From: Camelus ferus
Lineage: Eukaryota
Direction of reading: 5' to 3'
NCBI RefSeq assembly: GCF_009834535.1
Contig: NC_045698.1
Coordinates: 86,118,001-86,182,000, forward strand
DNA: 64,000 nt
Shown here: one piece after another, positions 51,031 to 64,000 of the stretch
Position numbering within the stretch: position 1 is the stretch's first letter
How the letters are laid out: each line of letters starts with the position of its first letter
Program-made: the position numbers and the translations under genes
The notes under the pieces: model-generated
What the model was told of the DNA's origin: nothing
Seen by the model: the letters and a program-made list of their open reading frames with translations, nothing else
Databases searched by the model: none

Positions 51031-52359
51031 TGCCCTCCTTCAAACAAGTTGCATTAATTGCAATGGCTCAACATAGAAGAGTTTCTTAGCAGGAGTTGGA
51101 AGGGAATGCTCCTGAAATCTCTTCCACAGGATAGTCTCTTGCTTGCGTGGACATAAGTAACCATGGGTTTATTCAATTCCAGTTGTCACATTGCCATGAC
51201 CCAGTGTCAGTGGCTCTCTGGGAAGGTATAAACAGACCCTCAGACGTAAGTTCATGATAATTAACAGAGTCTGTGTGGTATAACCACAGAAACCAAATGG
51301 ATATACTGATTTTGTCTGCTTAAAGAGATGTAAAATTTCCTCTTTTGTATTTCAGCTCATAGTTTCTTCGACATTATATCTCTTTCTTTTTCCACTGTTT
51401 CGACTTCTGTTAGCTCTGTATGGAGTATGAATTTTAGGAGTATTAATTCTTAAAAATGCAATCAAAGAGCCTTAATTTTTTCTCTAAATTCCCACCTGTC
51501 TGAACCTGCTCTTCTAGTTTAAACACCTGTTTGGAATCCTGCTTCTTAAAAGAGTGAGCAGACCTGAAAGTGCCGATGTCTTGGCAAAGAGAAGGCAGAG
51601 AAAAACAGTTACATGAACTATGCAACACTGAAGAACCAGTTTAAAAGTCAGGGCCCCAACTTGTGAGTGACTAAGAGGGTTGACTGAGCTAGTAAATGAA
51701 TATCAGGATGGCTTCAGAAGACTGTGGATATAAGGTGAGATGAAGAGGGTAGGAGTGGCCACATGACACCAGGATTAAGGTATATTTCTGTTTCTCTTGA
51801 TATATAATTGAGCCACTAGAATCGCAAAGCAAAGACACAATTACTAGGGTACTTCATTAGAAGGACTAATCTTAAGGAAGACCATCCCTGGGGATTCAAG
51901 AGGGCATGACAACATGAGGCTTAACTAAGAAGTATGCACAAGAAGGGATTACAAGTGTGCAACTCTAGCTCTTGTTACAGTCCCCTTGGGCAGGGAACAG
52001 CGCCTGTGAAACTTCATGAAGGAAATCTAAATGTCTGCCATTCACTGGGTTTTGCAAGCAGCCTCATTTTGGTTTCTATCAGAGCTAGTGACATGGAACT
52101 TAAAATAGGTATGGGTTGAGTGGGTCAAGGAGGTGTAAACAGTCACATTCTTTTTCTTACAGATAATGTTGTAAGAATTAGATAACAACAACAACAAAAA
52201 AAGATGAAGATAATGACAGCCAGAAAGAAGAGTGTGCAGGCCACATCCCTGTGGCCAGTAGTAAGAATGGAAGACAGACAGAGGGAGGAAGCCTAAGGGT
52301 GACCTGTAAGAAGCCTGCAGGCATTCTGCTGTCAAGACTTTCCAAGAAGATTTACTCTA

Positions 52360-52810
52360 TTCATCAATGTTTTTGTTGCAGACAACAGAACCCACTACAG
52401 CTAATAAGTGAATTATTATAGTATATGAGAGCTCACAACATCATTGCATGATTTGTAAGAACAGGTTCTAAACTAAAGTATTAAGGAACAGCTTCTAGAA
52501 CTACTCTTGAGAAGTGATATGTTAAAGGATCTGGTTGTAATGTGAGCCTCTGCGGCAATTAGGAAATGCTGAACTGACAGGCTGCCTCTGCATCCACCAG
52601 CCCCAGAATCACACTACCTCTGTCCTACTTGGTAAGATCTCATGCACACAGCCCCCATCTCTGGCTCTTTTCCTCCTTCCAAATTTCCTGTGAGTGTGTC
52701 CATTTGGAGAAGGGAGGTCAGAGGCACACCTAACTGAAAAGGAATCTGTCAGATGCAGTTTCCAGCTTTCCAGGCTAGCATATCTGGGAGGACATGCTGG
52801 AACAAATAGG
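52360..52810 (-). mobile_element. Very old MaLR/ERVL LTR
   Basis: TTTTTGTTGCAGACAACAGAACCCACTACAGCTAA start and GGAATCTGTCAGATGCAGTTTCCAGCTTTCCAG, typical of late MLT1 subfamilies. Confidence 0.45.
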
Positions 52811-55800
52811 TCTCAAGTAAGACAATGAGCAAGACCTGCCATAGTAACCTCTGTTATTCATTCTCATTGGTCTCTAAACCAAAGGCAAGGTGACATGAGT
52901 ATTTGCTTGTCATAAAGTAATGTGCCTGTTCTTAGGAAATTACAATATCGATTTCATCTTAAACACATAAATCAAGCTCCCATTGGAACTTCTTTCCTCT
53001 TTAGGCAAAGATCATCAGGAAAACTGGCAAGAAAACATGTCTCTGGAAGAAAACAGGAAGCCTTGCCCAGGAACTGCCCTTCTGAATTTTCTGGAGATGT
53101 GGATTGGCACAAAGAGGAAAAAAAGAAAAAATCTCTCAAGATCATAAAACAGAAATTCTGTTAAATTGTCAAGGCACAGTCAAAGCCTTGATTCCAGAGG
53201 CAAGACTTTTAACTAGGTGTTCTGAGAGTTCAGTAAGAAAACAACCTGATTGGCAAAATTCCTTCCAAGTCCCTTAAAATGTATGTGCAATATTCAAGAT
53301 TGCCAGTGGGAGAAAAGCTTGGTGTCAGGGGAGCAATAGGACTAGGAAGACAAGAAGCTGAGGTTGTGTGTTTTGTTCCTCATCTACACCCATATGTTTG
53401 GCTTCTACTGTCTCTGAGGTAGTTTTCAAGATACAAAACCATCACACCACAGTATACACACACTGCCAGCTGGTTATTTTATTTTTGTTCCCCCATCTCG
53501 CTTGCTCCAGTTCTCCTGTGATTAACAAGACATCAGTAATAAATTAAGGGCTTTCTTACACAAAGCTTGAAGAGCTATTTGTTTGCTCGCTTATTTTAAT
53601 TCCATCATCAAAGACCTTCAGCAAAGACACAAATCCCAGTATTAATTCTCATGAAAATTCATAACAACACTGGATATTGTTACCTCTAAGGAAAGTGGGA
53701 CACATGACTGAGCACTGCCCTACACTTTCAAATATAGTTGACCCTCTGCTAATCATGGTTGTTAGTCATTAAACCAGAGTTATCACAGAGTAATATGCTT
53801 GTTAATTGGAAATTAGAATCCTAAACTAAAGCTGCCTTCCTCTTGAAAATCATGAGAATCCGGATATAAATCAAGCCTCCACTGGAAGCTGATCTGGGGC
53901 ACCATGAAATTTGAAATGACATTGCCATCCTAGGAAAATCTTCAGCCTACTTTTTGTTCAGAATGATCAGAAGAACGCTTATTTCCTGTTTGAAAGGGTG
54001 AGTTCTCCTGTTCACAGGAAGACTCCCTGAATACAACTGCAATTTGGAAATGAGAGTAATCTACTGCTCACGGCAATCACCTCTTCCTGGAGTCCGATTC
54101 ATCTAAAAATTCAAGGAACTTGAGCAAAAGAGTTGGTGTAGATGGGTCCCTCAAGAGCTGTCAAGGTCCACTTGTGTTGTTTCTCCTCAGTTAACCTCAG
54201 TGTGACTGCTCTATTTAGAAAGAGCACAGGACTTTGACATGGGCTGATACTGAAGCCATCAGGTCCTGAAAGCTGTATGTTATCACTACGGTACCTCCCA
54301 AGGCAGGGCACTCCCCTTCCGCATTACAGGAATGCTAGGATGATCCCCGCTTCAAACCACCAGAACTCTTTGGGTTTCACTCCCGCCAGGACCCCTTCCA
54401 CCAAGATGAAACAGCAGCTGGTCCCTTTCAGGGCTGGCACTGCCCTCGCTGGAACTGACAATGCTCTGGTTGGGGCCAGCATGGCTGCCCTCTCAGAACC
54501 TGCCCCAGCATTTTGACTGTGCATCAGTTTTCCCATCCTTGTCTTACCTCATCAGTTTCTGTGGCTTTCCGTGTTGCAGACCACCAGTTCAGATTTTGCA
54601 ACCCCCTGCATTGCTTTCCCTTTGATACCTACTTCCTCCCAATGCCAACCTGCTCAACTCTTTACAGAGACCTTTGTTCTAAGCTCTGCCATCAATGTAT
54701 ACTCTTACCTTCTCACCTGGCCCCTGATCCTCCAGTTCTGTTTGGACTAAGAGCCTTCTCCTCCATTTCCAGTTCAACTCTAAGTATTCTATCTCCATGC
54801 CAAACCCCCGCCCCCCCCGCCTTGCTAGGCCAGCATGTCCTGGTCTTGGTTTCTCAGTGTGAACCAAAATCCCCAGCTATGTTGATTATTTCTCTAAGTG
54901 GCTCTTCATCTAGCTTAACCCACACATTTTTCACTGACTTCAGAGTAAGATCATACCTTTAAAAAAGTTTATACTGTTCTGCACTGAGCATCTGGTGATG
55001 AACATAAGTAAAATGAAACATAGCTATAAGCTCGATGCTCACCTCATCCACACACATGCTGTTATTTTTTGACAGATAAGACGCATCTCTAAGAACACTT
55101 GTGCTTTAAAGATTTAGTGATTCAAGGAAATGATACGACTTCAAATTACCTTTCCTTGTTTATACTAGTACCAAAATAGAAAATCCATTCTGAGGTCCAG
55201 GCATGAGACCACTGCATCCTCCTTTTCTCTTACCTGCCCTCATCTTGGTGCAAGGAGAACTGGGAAGTGTAACGTACCTGGGCAGCCACTGTGCCGCTTC
55301 CCAGGACTGTGAGAGAATACAGAAGTCATCTTAGTGGATGGTCAGCGGTCTCCTCCACAATTTGTTAACTGTTTGGTACCCAGTATATCAGTAATTCTGA
55401 TTTTCATGAATGTTTTTCACAGGGTTACAAACTATAAATCTTAAATGAAATCACTCTGTTTTTTGTGCAATTCATGACATTTAAAAATTTTTTTTATACT
55501 GGTCCATTGTTTTCTCTCACTACATATACTAATGGAATTTAGAGATGCTTCACAGTTTCCACTGAAAAATGACTTTTGAAACCAGTGTAATTCAGGGTGG
55601 CCCACAGGCAGTAAGATTTTTTAAAGTGTTCCATCTCATTTTACACATAAGAAGGCAACTTACAAAACAGCAACCCAAACTTAGTGCAAACAGTGATGAT
55701 TACATTCAACATCTAAAGCTCTACTGAGTCTCAGCATGCTAGATCTCCAAGTTCATCTTCTGCAGATGGACTTTGGTATCTCTAACTCTAAAAATAAAGA

Positions 55801-56256
55801 CCTCTGAAAGGAAATCTGGAGAATCAGGAAGGCTTTTCTGTCTTTCTATCCCAGACCCGCCCCAGTGTTTTATGGCATCCCATGTGCTAACTCAGCCTTC
55901 AAGTATTGGAACAAGCTAAGGATTAAGAAATCAGGTTGGAGGCAATCGGTAGCACCATGCAGTATTTACTGCCAGGCAGCTCATATCAAATGTGCCAGTA
56001 AAAAAAAAAAAAATACAGCCAGCACATCTATTGCAGAAAACAAATCCTGGAAGAGAGATGAGTGGGGCAGGGAGGAACTAAGATATTGCCAATATTTTAA
56101 ATAGCTCCACATGATCCACAGTGTTCTCATACCAAGAGAAAAAGAGTAATATGGATGCTTAGGTAAAAGCAGCAGTATTTAGAAATCAGTCAGAAATAGA
56201 GGAACTGCTGGGGCAAAAAATGGCCTTAAGATCCTTTTGCAAAGACCCAGAGCACC

Positions 56257-56865
56257 TGTTATAGAAGTTCTCATAACTTAGTGGGAAATGCCTGCAACCA
56301 AGGAGGAGCCTACAGGGCCCTCTCGGGTATAAAAGCCTTTGCTTGTCCCCCATTTCTCATTTGTAGGCTTTCCCTGAATTCCAAAAGGCAGATTCAAACA
56401 GTTACTAATTAGGGATATGAGGAAATGCAGAAACAAAGGAAAAGCAGTCAAGAAACAGTAGTGCAGTGAAAAAACAGAGCTCTAGTTTCTCCTTAAGGGA
56501 TGTACTCAACAATCTGACACATATCTCTGAGTTCTTCTACAGGAACTAAGGCTCCCACCCAATGGAGGATGGTGACTATATGCTGAGACCCCAAACTTGT
56601 TGGAACCAGAAAGCTAATGACAGAGATTCCTGAAACACTACCCCGTTACCTCACCACCAACCAATCAGAAGAAAGTCATGCACCCTGTAGCCCTCACTTC
56701 CAAATGTTGCCTTTAAAAAAGCTTCCTTGAACACCATCAGGGAGTCTGGGTCTTTTGATAATGAGCCGCCCATTCTCCTTGCTTCACACCTATAATAAAC
56801 ACCATACTTTGCTTTGTCACAACCTGGTGTCAGTAAATTGACTTTGTTGCGTGGCAGGCCAGCAA
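56257..56865 (+). mobile_element. ERV1 LTR, 3' end unclear
   Basis: TGTTATAG start, AACCAATCAG box, CCTTTAAAAA TATA-like site, AATAAA near 56794. U3 core is shared with 60296-60883. Confidence 0.75.
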
Positions 56866-57299
56866 AATGTTGTTAATGTGATAAGTTCACAAATGCTCTG
56901 AAAAACCATCCTGAGATGACTCAACTTCGGGAATATGCAGCATTCTATCCCCCAGAAAGTTTGAGAAACAACATTATAAATTCAAGAATATTTTCTTTAA
57001 AATGCAGTTCCTAGAATATTAGCAGTACACCTGTGACCAAGACAACTATACCGCGTGATCTGCTCACCTCAGAACTCCCAGAAGCTTCCGTGACCCTAAG
57101 ACAGTGTTGGATTAGAGCCCAAGCAATGATTGGTACTGAATTTTCTGCTGGCCCAGTGGGATAAGGGCCCAGAGACAAATTCCATTTAATTTAGGAAAGC
57201 AAATTAGCATGACATCTCTTAAACATCCATGTTTAGAAATAAGATTCATAGCCACTAATATAGATGCCAGTGGAATATCACTGGTCTCTTTATGAGCTC

Positions 57300-57800
57300 T
57301 GTAGGGGAGCAGAATTTGCCACTCTAAAGTATGTCTCTTCAGCATATTAATTGTTTTAAGCTGTTTTTGTTTTTCTTTTCTGAGAAAAAGCAGTGGGAAG
57401 GGCTCTGGAAACCAAGTAGGAGTTGCCCTTTGTAAGAAATATTTACATTAGTAAGGCAACTCCCTGTCTGTACCTGGAGGAAGAAGAGGACCAAATCTCT
57501 AGAAACTCTCATGGATGGAGAAGGTGAAGACAAACCTGTATCACAATCACCCTTGTTTACGGTGCTTTTCCCGATAACCTCCCGAAATCAACTCTCTCCG
57601 CTCTCAACATCCACTTTTGTTTTTAGCTGAGGATACAGTATTTATAGCACGGGCTTCTGCTATTTTGGTGAGTCCCTCAGGTTTCCTGAGTCTCTCATGT
57701 ATACATGTAAATAAACTTTTAATCTGTCTCATGTCAAGGTAATTCATAGGCAAGCCAGAAGAAACTAGAAGGATAGCGGAAAATTTCTTTCTCCCTAACA
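57300..57800 (+). mobile_element. Solo ERV1 LTR, MER34-like
   Basis: TGTAGGGGAGCAGAATTTGCCACTCTAAAGTATG ... CTCCCTAACA, perfect TSD GCTC/GCTC, and an AATAAA. Confidence 0.9.
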
Positions 57801-57988
57801 GCTCCCTTTGCCTTGCATTCATCTAACACTTTGACTTTTTCAGTATAATCAAAGCAACTTATCCATGTGGCTATAGGCGAAAGAATTTGCCTGAACTCAC
57901 CAAGCTGGACAGGGAAAGAACCGTGGCTGGCCTGAAAAAGCACACTACCTTCTGAGGTGAACAAAGGCAATTTTTAAAACATACTCCC

Positions 57989-58475
57989 TGACAACTAAAA
58001 ATTGGCATTTGCCACCTGTCTTTACAATGATCAAGTCACAAGCCACTGCAGTCACTGACCTTCAACCCTCTCTGAAAGGAGTTCAGGGTGTGGGTGGAGA
58101 TCAGGAATGAGGCACTCTGTGCTCTGGGAAAAACTGGCAGCACAGGCCTTCAGATAGTTAGATATTTTCAGGAGAAGATTTATGAGCCCCAATTCTTGCA
58201 ACTCCTCGTATCTAGAAAAGCACTAAAGCCATTAATGGTAACATCTGCTCCTTGTGACTAGCAGCAACCCTCTGCCAAAATGTGCGCTTGACTGCACATA
58301 CCCCACTTCACTAAAATCACACAAAATACTGACCTCACACCCTACCTCTTTGGAGCAGATCCTCAGAGCTGTCTGAGGTGCTGTCTCCCAGGCTATAGTC
58401 CTCACTTTGCCCCAAATAAAACTTAACTCACAACTCTCACATTGTGCTTTTTTTTTTTTTTTTTTCCAGTCGACA
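57989..58475 (+). mobile_element. Solo ERV1 LTR, cetartiodactyl-type
   Basis: TGACAACTAAAATTGGCATTTGC start, GGAGCAG..CTCAGAGCTGTCTGAGGTGCTGTCTCCCAGGCTATAGTCCTC, AATAAA, and end TTTCCAGTCGACA. TSD not resolved. Confidence 0.85.
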
Positions 58476-58911
58476 ACTCAAACAAGTAGTACAAAAAGAA
58501 CTGCCAATTCCAGATTAAAATGTGTACCTTCTAAGATGTGGGAAGTCATGGCCATCTTAACTCTTCTTTATTAATGGTTTTCAAATTGTTCCTTGAGGAG
58601 TGCTACGCATTCCACTGGCTGCCTTGGAGAAGGTGCTGAGGGCTTGGATGGGGACCCATAGCTTCACTCCTACCTTCCATCCAGGCTGTGAGTGTAACAG
58701 CCTGGCTCTTCTCAGCTGACTTCTGACTAGAGCACATGGTTCATGTGGTTTCATCTGAAGAAATGTTCTGCTGCTCACACAGTATTATAAACCACTTCTA
58801 GAGACTGTTATTATAAAAAAGATGTTTCTTCCTAATGTACTCATCTCTGAAGGCCCAAAGAATAAGAAACCAAGTCACTAGACAAGCACCTCTGATTCTA
58901 TCAAGTAGGTT

Positions 58912-59467
58912 TGAGACAGGAGGAAAGGGGACAGGACACAGTCATTAAAAGAATGACACAGCCACTGAGGAAAAACAGGATAGGGCATAAACTGGTTAGA
59001 ACCAAACAGACATGAGAGAACGGAAGATTCAACTTCCAGTAGACTTTGGGCCTCATTATATGCTCACTGTGATACATTAGCGTGCTAAATGGCACTCCCA
59101 CAGGCACCATCACAGTTTGGAGGCTGACCACAGAAGGACAAAATATGGGTGGTGGCCCAATTCTTGGAAATCCCCGCCCCTTTCCTCAAATAGTTGGAAT
59201 AATCATCCCACTTACTAGTATACGAAATTATCCAATCCATAAAAACTGAACACCCCTACACCCCAGGGCTGCTCTTCCTTCTGAGATGGACTGCATCCTG
59301 TCTATAGAGTGGGTGTCTCTCTAAACAAACCTGCTTTTACTTTACTATGGCTCACTCTTGAATTCTTTCCTGCACAAAGTCAAGGACCCTCATTCGGCAG
59401 CCCATCCCAGGAATCTGCCCAAGACCTGGGACACGACCATCCTCTTGCGCTCCATTTTCCTGCAACA
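58912..59467 (+). mobile_element. Solo ERV1 LTR, same family as 2224-2792
   Basis: TGAGACAGGAGGAAAGGGG ... TTTTCCTGCAACA, TSD GGTT/GGTG, colinear with the reverse complement of 2224-2792. Confidence 0.9.
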
Positions 59468-60295
59468 GGTGTGTTCATACTAAAAGGCATGAACACTTTC
59501 AGCTAAATTCAGTTCCTTTTTTACTTGCCTTTATATTCAGATTTTCAATCTAGTTTCATACCCAAATGTCAAGCAGTAATAAGGATTTCATCTAAAGTGA
59601 AATATTATTTGTTTGAAAATCCACAAGATGCTTTGACAGCAGGAGAGTGGTGCATATACCAATTTAGTGAGACTCAAATGTGTTATATACATTTATCTCT
59701 CACGTGTACGTAAGCTTGGAAAAGAGGAGAATCCCATCTGCCTGTCAAGCAGAGATTAAAGGCAATAGATTTAAATGTTGGTTTTCATCATTCTTTTTTA
59801 ATCAGCAAGAACAAGCCACTGGAAACTTCTAAGGTATTTTCTGTAATACACAGAGGTTAAATGCTCTGTTTCAGCCACACCGCACTCTGCTTTCAATGTG
59901 TTACAAAACAAAGTTGCGAATAAAATACAGTCACCTTTGTGAAGTCTAGTACTTGTTCATTTGTGCCAATAATATCAGGCTCTGTTGCAAAGTATAGATC
60001 AAGCACAAGAGGAGAAAAGAGATTGTGCAAGTTCAGTTTACAGAAGCCTGAGCTTTCTGATGATCTCAAAATAAGAAAGTACAAAATGAACGGAAAGTAA
60101 GGTGTTTAGACTCTAGCACCAGCCAAGCCTGAAAGGTGTGCTGGAAGGCAACCCTTTCCTGAACACATCAGTTTGGGTACCATGGGAAGTCATCACTCCC
60201 AGTCTGTAAAATTTCTCAGAACCCTCTCAAGGTTACATGGCTCCTTCCTCATCTATCCTCAGAACTGAGAGATGGCTACATCAACCTCCTCATTT

Positions 60296-60883
60296 TGTGA
60301 GCAGATAGTTCAGGAAGTTCCAGAAGAAAGAGAACCAGGCAAGGCTTTCTTGACATCAGAGATGCCAGTTTTGCCATTTTGTGATCCAAGCCTGGCCACA
60401 ATACTTGCCCTTAAACAGGTCTCAGTAATTGATGCTCCTAAAGGAAGTAAGGGAATGCAGGAACAATTGAAAAGCAGTCAAGAAACAAGAGTTCAGTCCT
60501 AGGTCCTCCTCAAGAAATATACACAACTATCTGATACAATCTTTGGGTTCTGCAGGGACTAAGATCCCCCCACCCAGGTAGAAGATGGAACGGTCATGTT
60601 GGCCCCCCTAAGTTCAATCAACTAAGGCTTGAACTTTGTCGAACTTTGCCCAAATTCTTTGCTGAATTCTCCTCTGCTCAAGCCCCTTCATGAATATGCA
60701 TGCACTCTTAGCTTAAAAACTTCCCCAATTTTGCTTTTTGGGGAGACACTGCTTTAAGAAAGATCGCCAGTGTTCTCCTTACTTGCTGCAAGTAATAATA
60801 AATCCTTCCTACTCCTGATCTTGGCTTAGTTGTGTCTTTTGGCTCAACACCCACCAAGAGGTGAATCCAGTTTTCAGGTAACA
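60296..60883 (+). mobile_element. Solo ERV1 LTR
   Basis: TGTGAGC ... GGTAACA, perfect TSD ATTT/ATTT, TTAAAAA TATA-like site, AATAAA near 60797. Confidence 0.85.
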
Positions 60884-61039
60884 ATTTCTCAAGCTACAAA
60901 AATCAGCATGCCTTATACTCCTGTGCTCTCTCACCACCTCCATCCAGTTCATCACCATGTCTTGTTCCAGTCTCCTGCCCAACGGTCTCTCCAGGTATTG
61001 TACCCTGCTCTGCCTCATCCCCAGAGCCACTGTGCTCAG

Positions 61040-61660
61040 GGAGGCTTTGGCCATGCATTAAACGGGCCATTGGGACAGCTCCTAGTGAGTCTCCCTAGTC
61101 CTCATCTCCATTCCTCTCAACTCGCAGTCCACATTTACCACTCCGTGATCTTTCTACATCACAACTCCGATCAGACCTCTGCGTATCGTCTTTACCTGAC
61201 TGCCCACTGCCTTTAGAATAAAGTGCAAAGTCCTTCATGCTACATACCAAGTAGTCTGACCCTCGCCTACCTTTCTAATTTCTGTCCCATACCTGCCCCA
61301 TGTACGTTCCCTATGGCCAGCCCACCTCTCAGCTTACACCTCACCTCTCACACCCATGGGCACGCTCACTCTTCCTTTTAGGAGAAAAGACTTTCCCTGC
61401 TTTGTCTACTTGGCAGAATTTTATGCACTCTTCAAGATCCACTCCAAAGGTCACCTCCTCTAAGAAATCCTTTCACATTCTAGTACGTACCTTTTTTGAA
61501 CAATTCACCCAACACACTTGAATTCTTCAGTGGTGTGTCTGTCTCCCCACTACCTCATGGTCCCCTCCAGGACAGGGACTATGATGTCATCGATACATCC
61601 TGCACAGTATAGCATCTGGCATAAAACAGTGCCCACCCCCAACAAAAAAAATGTTGATGT
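61040..61660 (+). mobile_element. L2 LINE 3' region
   Basis: CCCACTGCCTTTAGAATAAAGTGCAAAGTCCTT...AGGTCACCTCCTCTAAGAAATCCTT...CCAGGACAGGGACTATG. Confidence 0.75.
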
Positions 61661-63426
61661 ATTGATGGCTTCACTGTGTAGAAATTTTCACTCCACTAGG
61701 AGCCAAGCACCCAGGCTCCTATTCTCACTGTTGTAACATTCAACACAACCTCAATGAGGCCCAGAATCTTTAAGTAAAAAAAATTATGGGAATATATGGT
61801 TAGATAGGTTCTGAGTTTCTTTCTAGCTTGAAAATTGTAGAATTTTTGAACATTTGTTTCTTCAAGAATGACTCCTGAAGTTGTAAGCAACAGTTTAGTA
61901 TCGCCTGTGGCCTCTATTTTCCTTAAATGTCAAGTTACCCGGGCCATTCTGTGCTAATGAATACGGAACCCTCCAAATAATTAATGTATGAATGAATGGA
62001 ATATGTTTTATATCTTCCATTCTGGTGAACAAATTTAAATCTTGGCATTGCTCCCTTATTTCTAAAGGCTTTTTTCTTCTGTCAAAGTAGACTAATTTAA
62101 TGGGGGAGAAGTCATTGTTAATTACACACATTCATACATATTCTCAGGAACAGAGCAGAATCACATAGCAATATTGGAATTCGTCCAGAGAATTCTTATT
62201 TTGACAATAGGAGAGAATTCGTTTCAAAAGACTCCAAAGTCAATGACACTTTCTTAATTTTACAGTTCCCATTTTACTGATGTAAGAAAAACATGTCATT
62301 GGCGTCATGTTTTTAATGCTTCATCCTGCACAGTAGGCGACATGGTAAAGCTAAAAGAGATCCTAGATGGAAGCTACTCTCAAAGTCGAATGCATAATGG
62401 TACAGCAGTGTCATGGAGGGGAAATTAACAGTAATTAACAAGGTCTGGAGGAAATATGTGGAAGCATAATGAAATAATAGGCAGACAAACATCAGACTTT
62501 GTGATAACCCTAAAAGGTACAGCCACACATTTCCAACTGGCTGTTTTTGCCACAGACAAGGAAAGCTTGACAGTAATTAAGTTGTAGACACGATGGATAC
62601 ACTTTTTTTCCCAGGCAGACCAATTAGTAAGCGTAGCCTTGAGAAGAATCATTTTGTAACTTTCCGTCAAGGGAAATACTGCCAAACTTTGCAGAGGGGA
62701 ACACAACCAGATAGCATTTATTTGCTTCTGCTGTGACAACCTTCCATTTCTCTGAAAAAAATGCTGGCCTTCCTCACACCACAGCCCTGAAAGCTAGGTT
62801 TGATGTTTCTCTCTCCAACACATAATCCTGAGTGTGCTGACATCCAGCACGGTTGCTGTGGAAGACAACCACTCCGGGTGCCTGCAGCCTGTGGAAACTG
62901 TGTGTTACTGAGGTGCTCATCAGCATGCTTTTTAGTCGTAGAAAAAAGAAATGCCACCCCATGCCAGCTTAAGGCAAAAGGGAATTTGGGGGTTCGAAGC
63001 CATCAGGGATCTCCTGATCATCTCTCGGCTCTACTGCACTCAGCATCATATTTGATCTCCAGTAGCATCTCCTGTGTCGGGGCCCAGATGCTCACCCACA
63101 GCTCCAGGTTTACAAGCTCTCAGCTAAACCACCCGCCTACCACATAGATCTCTTTCATATTAACTCTAGGACAAGGCCTCAGACAGAACTGTTACTGTCC
63201 TATCAGGTCACTTAAACTTCACAAATTCATCACTGGAGCCAGGGAGGTCCAATGCTTTCAGGCTGGGGTCGCCTGGGGGCTTCTGGAGCCAGGAGGACTG
63301 AGAATGAAGAGGGTCATTCAACCAATAGGGAAACTTCAGCTAACCCGGCCCCTCTCAGCCTTGCATTTGTCCACTTGGGCCCAGCCACCTGCCCTGAGAA
63401 GGGGCCTGCCTCTCACACATACCCAC

Positions 63427-63781
63427 TGTCTTAGCCCAGATTATGACAAAATACTGAAGACCAGGTGGTTTAAACACAGAAATTTACGTCTCATAGTGCT
63501 GGAGACTAAGAAGTCCAAGGTCAAGTTGCCAGCTGATTCCATTCCTGAAGAGGGCTCTCTTCCTGGCTTGCAGACACCTGCCTTCTTGCTGTGTCCTTGT
63601 ATGGCAGAGAAAGTGCTTGGCTGTCTTCTCTCCTTCTTACAAGGACACTAAACCCATGACACACCATCACCACCGTGATCTTATCTAAATCCAATTATCT
63701 CCCAAAGGCCCCACCTTCAAACACCATCATGTTGACCTTCAACATATGAATTAGGAGGGGGGACATATCCCATCCATAACA
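63427..63781 (-). mobile_element. MaLR LTR, MLT1A0-like
   Basis: GAGGGCTCTCTTCCTGGCTTGCAGACACCTGCCTTCTTGCTGTGTCC...CCCAAAGGCCCCACCTTCAAACACCATCA...CAACATATGAATT. Confidence 0.85.
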
Positions 63782-64000
63782 CACACACACATGCACAAAA
63801 CCCCTCCCCAGCAGGGACTCTCTGTTGTTTCCTCTCTAGCTCTCTCTTTCACAATATATTACGCATCCTATAAATGCAATTAATCTATGAGCCACAATAT
63901 CAAGGCCAAAGGAGAGCACCGTTGTCCAGATCCAAATGCCTACTTACCCTGTAAACCCTAAGTTGCTTTCATCCTTACACTTACTTTTTAATTTTAAGGC

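Noticed and set aside
54513-54962. 149-aa plus-strand ORF
   Set aside because: No recognisable domain, Ser/Pro/Leu composition driven by pyrimidine-rich DNA, GTG start and no exon context.
2224-59467. The two same-family LTRs as ends of one provirus or one large mobile unit
   Set aside because: They are in opposite orientation, each has its own TSD, and there is no PBS, PPT or gag/pol/env sequence.

Overview
Placental-mammal genomic DNA. No protein-coding exon, structural RNA gene or retrocopy could be supported. The repeat content points to a cetartiodactyl, most likely a camelid: there are short lineage-type L1 3' tails, and I saw no Alu, B1/B2, CHR-2, Bov-tA, PRE-1 or Can-SINE copies. The window looks like a gene desert or very large intron. 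It alternates between (i) transposon-poor, motif-dense blocks resembling developmental enhancers (about 6.4-19 kb, 32-34 kb, 44-48 kb) and (ii) repeat-rich blocks containing ERV1 solo LTRs, MaLR/ERVL LTRs, L1, L2, CR1, MIR and hAT-Charlie relics. The most notable items are: a solo LTR carrying a periodic NF-Y (CCAAT) plus octamer array; five co-oriented ERV1 LTRs packed into 4.6 kb; two copies of one LTR family that differ by an internal triplication; a poly(A)-only insertion flanked by a 15-bp duplication; a CR1/L3 relic inside the enhancer-like domain; and five N-blocks that appear to be length-preserving masks, four of them in enhancer-like DNA. Repeat family names come from recalled consensus similarity rather than a search, and conservation is inferred, not measured. 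I found no convincing new gene system.
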